Shown one piece after another: positions 1 through 7,075 of a stretch of DNA of 32,402 nucleotides. A program made the translations under genes and the position numbers. Under the pieces are notes generated by a model. The model saw nothing but the letters and a program-made list of their open reading frames with translations. It was not told where the DNA came from and ran no database searches. This DNA comes from a virus. Lineage: Duplodnaviria; Caudoviricetes. The stretch's first letter is position 1, and each line of letters starts with the position of its first letter. The stretch spans positions 1-32,402 of the IMG/VR virus record IMGVR_UViG_3300044512_001183, one strand, 5' to 3'.

Positions 1-34
1 TCGGAACGATTGGATTTATAAATGGAAATAATAG

Positions 35-68
35 AACTGTTTACTTTTATATAGAAACGTAGTCTAAT
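35..68 (+). promoter_or_regulatory. Putative early promoter/operator, copy 1 (TTTACT-17 nt-TCTAAT with a central imperfect palindrome TTTTATATAGAA)
   Basis: aactgtttacttttatatagaaacgtagtctaat matches 27017-27050 at 30/34 positions. Both copies precede operon starts with strong SD sequences (here AGGAGGG at about 88-94). Confidence 0.7.
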
Positions 69-100
69 TAAAAGAATACAAATCCGTAGGAGGGATTCAC

Positions 101-514
101 ATGATTGAAGATATAAGAGAAATGCTAGAACATCATGGCATTTTAAAGTTTTTACAAGAATCAGATTTAAATACAAAAGATACTTATCTTAAATTTAGAA
201 ATATGCTTCTTTTAGAAGAATATACTGAACTTGTTTCAGCAGAACAAAATAAAAACGCAGAAGAGTTTGTTGACGCACTAATTGACATGTTGGTGATAAT
301 ACTTGGTACCTTGCATTCCCTTAAGATAGATATTCCAATAGCATGGGGACGAGTTTATGAAGCTAACATGTCAAAGGAGGTCGGCACAAATACAAATAGA
401 GAGGTTGTAATACCTGGAATGCCTGATTTAGTAAAACCTAAATTATGGGAAGCGCCTAAACACAATGATAATATAGGAGACTTAAGTGAAATCTTCAATT
501 CCAAAACCAGTTAA
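101..514 (+). CDS. MazG-like / all-alpha nucleoside-triphosphate pyrophosphohydrolase (DR2231/PRA-PH-like)
   Basis: EEYTE...DALID acidic metal motif, VYEANMSK and DLVKPKLWEAP motifs typical of phage MazG-like dNTPases; good SD. Confidence 0.85.
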   Translation: MIEDIREMLEHHGILKFLQESDLNTKDTYLKFRNMLLLEEYTELVSAEQNKNAEEFVDALIDMLVIILGTLHSLKIDIPIAWGRVYEANMSKEVGTNTNREVVIPGMPDLVKPKLWEAPKHNDNIGDLSEIFNSKTS

Positions 515-818
515 AGTTATTAACGAATGCGTTGCTTTGCAAATACAAAAAGCACACGATTATCAAAATCCACAATCTCGAATCAAGCAAGTTGATTACT
601 ATCCACGTGGAGTGCTATCTATTATGGAAATGATACATACTAAAACTACACGCATGTGGAGCGTTTTAGAAGCAGCAGAAAATAGCGCAGGACAACCTAA
701 CTTCGAATCATTAGAAGACTCTGCAAAAGATCTTATTAACTATGCATCTTTTTTTGTTACATATTTACGTAAAGAATTTGATGGCCAAGATAAAACTAAG
801 GATATATTTAACAAATGA
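486..818 (+). CDS. Nucleotide modification associated domain 1 (Nmad1/DUF1599) protein
   Basis: K-x-x-D-Y (QKAHDY), K-x-x-R (TKTTRM) and ESLEDSAKDLINYA motifs; GTG start after GGAG; modification-gene context. Confidence 0.8.
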   Translation: MKSSIPKPVKVINECVALQIQKAHDYQNPQSRIKQVDYYPRGVLSIMEMIHTKTTRMWSVLEAAENSAGQPNFESLEDSAKDLINYASFFVTYLRKEFDGQDKTKDIFNK

Positions 819-1483
819 ATACTGTAGACGATATAAGAGTTCAGTTTAACGGAAAACTACTTAGAGAGGAATTTGTTAAAGATAGAAACGGTGGAGATGT
901 TATAGAAATAATTGGAGCATCTTTTTATGCGGATGATATAACTATCTTTGGTCAGAATAACGAAAAATATGAAAACGCTGAGATTAGTTGGTATAAATCT
1001 AGAAGTACAAATATAAATGACTTAGAGTATGAACCTATACCACAAGCATGGAAAGATACAGCTAATGAGCACGGCGAGATCAACTCTAATTATGGTAAAT
1101 TAATTTACGATAACATTTATGGATCACAGTTTGATAATGTTTTGTATGAGTTAAAAAACGATCCATTCTCTAGAAGAGCTACTATGATCTATACTAGGCC
1201 TACAATTTGGCAAGAGTTTGAAGAAAATGGTAAAAATGATTTCATATGTACTAATGCTGTAACTTACTATGTAAGAGACGGTATGTTACAAGCCGTTGTA
1301 CAAATGAGATCTAATGATGCTGTCTATGGCTTTAAAAATGATTTTGCATGGCAATACTATGTACTACAAAGATTAGAAAAAGAATTAGGGTATGGTATTC
1401 ATTGGCCTATTTGGCAAGTACAAAACTTGCATGTATATGAAAAACATTTTGATCTTATAAGGAATTATGACTGGAGCAAATAA
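815..1483 (+). CDS. Thymidylate synthase superfamily enzyme, dCMP hydroxymethylase-like (T4 gp42 type)
   Basis: GEINSNYG, SRRATMIYTRP, DFICTN (Cys145), MRSNDAVYGFKNDFAWQ (Asp176) and LHVYEKHF closely parallel T4 gp42 motifs. Confidence 0.88.
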   Translation: MNTVDDIRVQFNGKLLREEFVKDRNGGDVIEIIGASFYADDITIFGQNNEKYENAEISWYKSRSTNINDLEYEPIPQAWKDTANEHGEINSNYGKLIYDNIYGSQFDNVLYELKNDPFSRRATMIYTRPTIWQEFEENGKNDFICTNAVTYYVRDGMLQAVVQMRSNDAVYGFKNDFAWQYYVLQRLEKELGYGIHWPIWQVQNLHVYEKHFDLIRNYDWSK

Positions 1484-1919
1484 ATGGCATAAACGTTATA
1501 TGGAATTAGCTAAAATGTTTGCTAGTTGGAGTAAAGATCCATCTACAAAGGTTGGTGCTGTTGCTATAGGTCACAAAGGCCAACTAATTGCACAAGGATA
1601 TAATGGATTCCCAAGGGAGTTTGATGATAGCTTTGATCTTTACAAAGATAGAAATAAAAAATATAAATATGTTGTACACGCTGAAATGAATTGTATTTAT
1701 CATGCAACACACAATGGTTTATCTCTAGAAGGAGCAAAATTATATGTTTACGGCCTAGGAGTATGCCATGAATGTGCAAAAGGTATTATACAAGTAGGAA
1801 TTAAAGAAGTTTATGCATCATGTAATCCTGAATCAGAATTAAGGTGGATAGATAGTTTTGCTTTAACAAAAGATATATTAAAAAAAGGAGGAGTCAGTTA
1901 TGAACAAATATATCACTAA
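1467..1919 (+). CDS. dCMP deaminase (zinc-dependent)
   Basis: SKDPSTKVGA, GYNGFPR, HAE and CHEC zinc-binding motifs. Confidence 0.92.
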   Translation: MTGANKWHKRYMELAKMFASWSKDPSTKVGAVAIGHKGQLIAQGYNGFPREFDDSFDLYKDRNKKYKYVVHAEMNCIYHATHNGLSLEGAKLYVYGLGVCHECAKGIIQVGIKEVYASCNPESELRWIDSFALTKDILKKGGVSYEQIYH

Positions 1920-2895
1920 TCCACTTGCTAACATCCCTGTTAGTAAAAAATCACATGTATATGGTTGGTCAAGTCATTGGAAGAATTTACTTGATGCAGA
2001 AATAAATCATAAATGTGACGCTGGTTTATTAGATGCTAATACTATATATATAGATCATGGTGTTAACTTTAATGGATCGTTAAATCTTTTTGGCGGTTTA
2101 AATAATGAGATTTATAAGAAATTTAACATATTGTTGATGTGTATAGATCAAGGTACAAAAATAATATCTTTAGATCACGATATGCCAGATTTTGGAGAAA
2201 TGTTTATAAAAAGGATAGGTAATTCTAGTACATGTGAATTTATTACCCAAGATTGGTGTAACAAAATATCTCTTATGTGTAAAAAAATTACATCATATAA
2301 ACATAGTGATTTAAATCACCACGAAGGTATAACAATAGGCGACTCTCATTCAATTGCTTTTGCTAAGAAAAAAGACATGATTTTAAGAATGGATGGCAAA
2401 ACATTACATGGAGCACTTAAGTATGATTTTGATAGTTTTATGGATAGTATAGAAATAACCGATAAGATAGAAAGAATAACGCTATGCTTTGGTTCTGTAG
2501 ATATTAGACATCATATATTAAGACATAACTACGATATAAATGATATGCTTCATCAATATATAAATAAAGCACATTTAATATCAGATAAATTTAATATAGA
2601 TGTTGAAATAGCTACTCCTGTTCCTGTAGAATACGAACAAAGACGCATTCCAAAAACAGGATATTACAACGATGCACCTTTTTTTGGATCAAGAGAGCAA
2701 AGATATATTTTAACAAAAAGATGGATTGAGTATTTAAAACATAATTACGAATATGTGGTGCAACCACCTGAGTATTGGTATGAAATGGATCCAGAATTAT
2801 ATGCTAAGCAAATTATGGAACAAAACTCTAGTGTTCATATTGCTCCTATGTATTATAGAAGAAATCAATGGGGAGACATATTAGATGAGTCATGA
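1900..2895 (+). CDS. Uncharacterised modification-operon protein with SGNH/GDSL-like C-terminal domain
   Basis: IGDSH (block I-like, Ser149), FGSVDIR (block III-like) and SVHI (block V-like His313); SD GGAGGAG; overlaps both neighbours. Confidence 0.55.
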   Translation: MNKYITNPLANIPVSKKSHVYGWSSHWKNLLDAEINHKCDAGLLDANTIYIDHGVNFNGSLNLFGGLNNEIYKKFNILLMCIDQGTKIISLDHDMPDFGEMFIKRIGNSSTCEFITQDWCNKISLMCKKITSYKHSDLNHHEGITIGDSHSIAFAKKKDMILRMDGKTLHGALKYDFDSFMDSIEITDKIERITLCFGSVDIRHHILRHNYDINDMLHQYINKAHLISDKFNIDVEIATPVPVEYEQRRIPKTGYYNDAPFFGSREQRYILTKRWIEYLKHNYEYVVQPPEYWYEMDPELYAKQIMEQNSSVHIAPMYYRRNQWGDILDES

Positions 2896-3757
2896 TAACC
2901 ACGTAATCGATAATATTAATAAAGATAGCCTAGGTCATTCCTATGAAAAAGCAAAAAGAATACATTTGTGGTTATCTAGACATTGGCAAGATCCAAATCC
3001 TAAGCCTGTAATAGAAAACTTTGATGGAGTAAATGTCATAAGAGATGATCTAACAACGGGAACAAAAGTAAGAGGAGCAGATTTGTTAATGAGCAAAATA
3101 ACACAAGACACCATTGCTTATGTTGTACCTAGGACAGGTTTAGCTGGTGTCAGTATTCTTGAAGTTGCAAAAAGGCATAATAAAAAGGTTAGATTTTTTA
3201 TGCCTAGTAGTAAACGAATAAGTTATCATCAAGCTTGCTGTATAGAACAAGGTTGTGATTATGAATTCCACAGAATTGCTGCAATGCCTAACTTAAATAG
3301 AATCGCCAAAAACTGGGCAGATCAAAACGATGCTTTTTTTATTCCATTGGGTTTAAAACATTTACTTGTTACATCAGCTTTAGTAAAAGTAGCATCACAA
3401 ATACCTGAACCTGATGAAGTATGGACAGCAATATCAACAGGAGTTTTAAGCAGATCTTTACAAATAGCTTGGCCAAATGCTAAGTTTTATGCTGTTGCAG
3501 TATCAAGAAATATGAAAGAAGGTGAACTTGGAAGAGCAAACGTTATATCTGCACCTGAATCTTTTACAAAACCTGTAAAAAAAGAAGAAATGCCTCCTTT
3601 TCCTAGTATTGGAACTTACGATGCTAAAGTTTGGCGCTATATACCTAAAGATACTAATAAAAACATATTATTCTGGAATGTTGGCAAAGAACCTACGCTG
3701 AAAGATAAAACAATTTACGATAAAGTTGATAGTTATAGGGATTGGCCATGCAAGTAA
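2885..3757 (+). CDS. PLP-dependent enzyme, fold type II (TrpB/cysteine synthase/ACC deaminase-like), of the kind found in DNA hypermodification clusters
   Basis: IRDDL-x-x-GTKVR with Schiff-base Lys61, ISTGVLS phosphate loop, YDAKVW and LFWNVG C-terminal motifs. Confidence 0.82.
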   Translation: MSHDNHVIDNINKDSLGHSYEKAKRIHLWLSRHWQDPNPKPVIENFDGVNVIRDDLTTGTKVRGADLLMSKITQDTIAYVVPRTGLAGVSILEVAKRHNKKVRFFMPSSKRISYHQACCIEQGCDYEFHRIAAMPNLNRIAKNWADQNDAFFIPLGLKHLLVTSALVKVASQIPEPDEVWTAISTGVLSRSLQIAWPNAKFYAVAVSRNMKEGELGRANVISAPESFTKPVKKEEMPPFPSIGTYDAKVWRYIPKDTNKNILFWNVGKEPTLKDKTIYDKVDSYRDWPCK

Positions 3758-4887
3758 CTGAATATTACGAAGAATTTAAAAGATACTATGATTTAGCATC
3801 AATACAACAAATAAATTGTAATTTAGGAGTCAGGGAGCATACTGATGTTGATATAAAAGATGATCTTATGCAAAATGTACAACTTTACGATGTTGTAGAG
3901 CGTAAATATGCTGGTTTTTCGCAAATAATTAATGATATTTTTTATAATACTAGCGATAAACATCCATATATAAGGAAAATAAAAGCAAATATTGCATCAG
4001 ATGAGCGTAAATTTGCTATTTCTCAATGGTCAGGCAAAAAATTGAATCTAGAAACATGGTTATACATATTTTTGGTTCACAGAATAACAGGAAGTGCTAT
4101 AAATTATGCAAAAATACCATCTGGTTATCATAATACTATCTTATTTAACCTTAATACTTGTGAAAATATAGAAGATATAAAGCAAAAAATTAAAAATTAC
4201 GATAAACCTTTCTATACTTCAGTAGGTTACCAGTTTCCACAATTTCCTAAAAAGCCTATAAACAGTAGTTATAAAAGATCAGGTGACTATTACTTATGCG
4301 AATATGCTGATATACTTATATATGATATATGTGATTTTATTACAAAAAAACGTAGGGATTTCAGAGAAATAGGCGATTTTATGTTTAATTGGAACAAAAG
4401 TCATGGTTTTAATGCTTTTAGGTTCCAATATGCTGCTTTTCTAGCAGATATTGCAGATTGGTTTCCAGAATACATAAATAGAGGCTCTTTATTTTACTAT
4501 GGAACAAACGCAGTTGAGTGTATAAGTTATTTAGCAGAAAAACCTAAAAATGTTAAAAAAGCAGATCATTTAGACAATATTATGATAAAAATATATGAAG
4601 ATTTAAATTCGTTACCGTATAATGCTGAAGATGTATGCTGTGACTTTATAAGATGGGTAGAAAACTATATTAAACCAGGTATTCATTATGATCACTTAGA
4701 TAGAGATGCTATATGGTCTAGTTGTAAAATTAAAAATCATCCTATGGGTAGACAGAAGAAAATGCTAGAATTAGGATTAATAGATTCTTTTAATAACTTA
4801 AATTATCACCCTAGTGATAACAAAATACTAGAAAATAACAATTTAAGCGTCGAAAACTACAAAAAATTAATTAATAGTAATTTGTAA
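3748..4887 (+). CDS. aGPT-Pplase superfamily helical protein (HhH-glycosylase-like; resembles the clade 1 5hmU-DNA kinase helical domain)
   Basis: DDLM..LYDVVER, FLVHR, FQYAAFLADIA, YYGTNAVECISYL and NAEDVCCDFIRW parallel the clade-1 pattern (D..L..F.NV.R; FR; F.A.Q...D; GPGA..GL; E..LCE..KY) but are divergent. ATG 3748 preferred to TTG 3742. Confidence 0.65.
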   Translation: MQVTEYYEEFKRYYDLASIQQINCNLGVREHTDVDIKDDLMQNVQLYDVVERKYAGFSQIINDIFYNTSDKHPYIRKIKANIASDERKFAISQWSGKKLNLETWLYIFLVHRITGSAINYAKIPSGYHNTILFNLNTCENIEDIKQKIKNYDKPFYTSVGYQFPQFPKKPINSSYKRSGDYYLCEYADILIYDICDFITKKRRDFREIGDFMFNWNKSHGFNAFRFQYAAFLADIADWFPEYINRGSLFYYGTNAVECISYLAEKPKNVKKADHLDNIMIKIYEDLNSLPYNAEDVCCDFIRWVENYIKPGIHYDHLDRDAIWSSCKIKNHPMGRQKKMLELGLIDSFNNLNYHPSDNKILENNNLSVENYKKLINSNL

Positions 4888-4956
4888 TTAATATAAGAAT
4901 TGTTGTATAAATAAGTTAAAAATAGTTTTAAAATTAAAAAAAACTTTATTTAATTT

Positions 4957-5583
4957 ATGAACAATAAATTCGATAGATCAAATTATCCAGAGCAGGAGCC
5001 AGAAACTTTAGTTGTTGGCGATAGATGGGCATGGAGAAGAGATGATCTTGCAAACACATACGACCCATCTTTATATTCATTAACATATCAATTTCACCAT
5101 GATTCTGGTGGTAGTGGTAATTCTTTTACAATTACAGCAACAGAATCAAACGACAATTATTTTATAGAAGTTGACTCTTCGGTTACAGCTAATTATTCTG
5201 TAAGTGAATATAAATGGGATGCTTATATTACAAGAACTTCTGATAGCGAAAGAGTAAGAGTTGATTTTGGAAGATCAAAACTAGTAGAAAATCTTGCTAC
5301 ATCTACTGCTGACTTAAGAAGTCATGCAAAAAAAGTGCTAGATGCTATTGAAGCTGTTATTGAAAATAGAGCTTCTATGGATCAATCTTCAATGTCGATA
5401 GCAGGAAGATCTTTATCTAGAATGACTATTGATGAGTTATTAGAATTTAGAGATAGATACAATGCAGAGTATCTAAGAGAGGTTAAAAGAGATAGAGTTA
5501 GAAATAAAAAACCTTCAGGAAATGAAATACTTGTAAGTTTTGGAACAAAAACTTATTACGATAACATAACAGATTTAAAATAA
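4957..5583 (+). CDS. Head completion / head-tail adaptor with C-terminal gpW-like domain
   Basis: C-terminal SMSIAGRSLSRMTIDELLEFRDRY gpW-like motif; immediately upstream of a lambda-type portal. Confidence 0.75.
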   Translation: MNNKFDRSNYPEQEPETLVVGDRWAWRRDDLANTYDPSLYSLTYQFHHDSGGSGNSFTITATESNDNYFIEVDSSVTANYSVSEYKWDAYITRTSDSERVRVDFGRSKLVENLATSTADLRSHAKKVLDAIEAVIENRASMDQSSMSIAGRSLSRMTIDELLEFRDRYNAEYLREVKRDRVRNKKPSGNEILVSFGTKTYYDNITDLK

Positions 5584-5584
5584 T

Positions 5585-7075
5585 ATGGCATGGTATAACA
5601 ATCTTTTTAATAGAAGTCCAAAGAAATCACAACAGCTGAAAAGAAGAGGATATACTGCAGCAAGTGGGGGTAGATTATTTTCAGATTTTTATACAACATC
5701 TACATCAGCCGATGCAGAAATAAAAAATAATTTAAGAATACTAAGAGACAGAGCTAGAGATTTAGCTAGGAATGATCCATACGTTAATAGATATTTAAAC
5801 TTAATGATTTCTAATGTTGTTGGACATCATGGAATCAAAATTAGTTCAAAAGCAAGAAATGACGATGGTTCTTTAGATATGCTTGCTAATCAAAAAATTG
5901 AATTAGCATTTAAGCAATGGTCACAAAAAGGAAATTGTACTTTAAATGGTAGGTTTTCATTTTTAGATTGCCAAAAAATGTTTATTGAAGCTTTAGCCAG
6001 AGATGGTGAAGTTTTAGTAAGGCATATTAAAACAAACTCAAATCCTTTTGGTTATGCTTTACAGTTTTTAGAGGCAGATCATTTAGATGAAAAATTAAAT
6101 GATACTAACCCTAAGACTGGTAATAAAATTAAAATGGGGATTGAGTATGATAAAAATGATAAAGCTATCGCATATCATCTTTACAAAGAACATCCTTATG
6201 ATCAAGCTTATTACAATGAAAATAAATATATAAGAATTCCTGCTAGCGAAATTATACACGCATATATACCAACAAGGCCAGAACAAAGAAGAGGAGTTAC
6301 TATGATAGCTCCTGCTATGCCTAATTTGAAAATGCTTAATGGTTATTTAGAAGCAGAGATTGTTGCAGCTCGAGTATCAGCATCTAAAATGGGCTTTTTT
6401 ACATCTCCAGATGGAGATGGTTATGTTGGTGAAGATTATATGAATGAATTCTCTCCTATAATGAATGCAAGTGCAGGTACTTTCGAGCAGCTTCCTGCTG
6501 GAATGGATTTTAAGGCTTTTGATCCAAATCATCCAAACTCTGCATTCGAAAACTTTACAACACAAGTTTTAAGAAGTATTGCATCTGGTTTAAATATTTC
6601 TTACCACGCTTTAACAAATGATTTAACAAGTATTAATTACAGTTCAATAAGACATGGTGCATTAGAAGATAGAGCAATGTTTCAAATATACCAACAATTT
6701 GTAATAGAGCATTTTATGAAACCTATCTTTCATAAGTGGTTTGATATGTCTATTGCAAGTGGTATGATAAGTTTGCCTATTAGTAAGTTTGATAAATTTT
6801 ATAATTCTATAACATTTATACCTAGATCTTGGTCTTGGATTGATCCACTTAAAGAGCAACAAGCTAATGTAGCGGGTTTAAGTGCAGGTATAACAACATA
6901 TGCAGATATATCAGCAGCATATGGTAGAGATCCAGAAGAGTTATTTGAACAACATGAAAGAGAGTCAAAACTTGCTGAGCAATACGGTATTAAAACCGCA
7001 TTCCAACCATTTGGTTCAAAATTACCTGTAGAAGCTACTATAAGTGGCGGTCAAAACGAAGAAGAAGATGGCTAG
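5585..7075 (+). CDS. Portal protein, lambda family
   Basis: LRDRARDLARND, DGEV, RPEQRRGV, NYSSIR and WIDPLKE motifs; 496 aa. Confidence 0.95.
   Translation: MAWYNNLFNRSPKKSQQLKRRGYTAASGGRLFSDFYTTSTSADAEIKNNLRILRDRARDLARNDPYVNRYLNLMISNVVGHHGIKISSKARNDDGSLDMLANQKIELAFKQWSQKGNCTLNGRFSFLDCQKMFIEALARDGEVLVRHIKTNSNPFGYALQFLEADHLDEKLNDTNPKTGNKIKMGIEYDKNDKAIAYHLYKEHPYDQAYYNENKYIRIPASEIIHAYIPTRPEQRRGVTMIAPAMPNLKMLNGYLEAEIVAARVSASKMGFFTSPDGDGYVGEDYMNEFSPIMNASAGTFEQLPAGMDFKAFDPNHPNSAFENFTTQVLRSIASGLNISYHALTNDLTSINYSSIRHGALEDRAMFQIYQQFVIEHFMKPIFHKWFDMSIASGMISLPISKFDKFYNSITFIPRSWSWIDPLKEQQANVAGLSAGITTYADISAAYGRDPEELFEQHERESKLAEQYGIKTAFQPFGSKLPVEATISGGQNEEEDG

Noticed and set aside
815-1483. Ordinary thymidylate synthase (thyA)
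   Set aside because: It has Asp rather than Asn at the specificity position and gp42-type motifs (INSNYG, DFICTN).
4906-4913. TATAAATA, the T4 late promoter consensus, upstream of the head genes
   Set aside because: It lies in an extremely AT-rich spacer, is easily due to chance, and no gp55-like sigma factor is present in the window.
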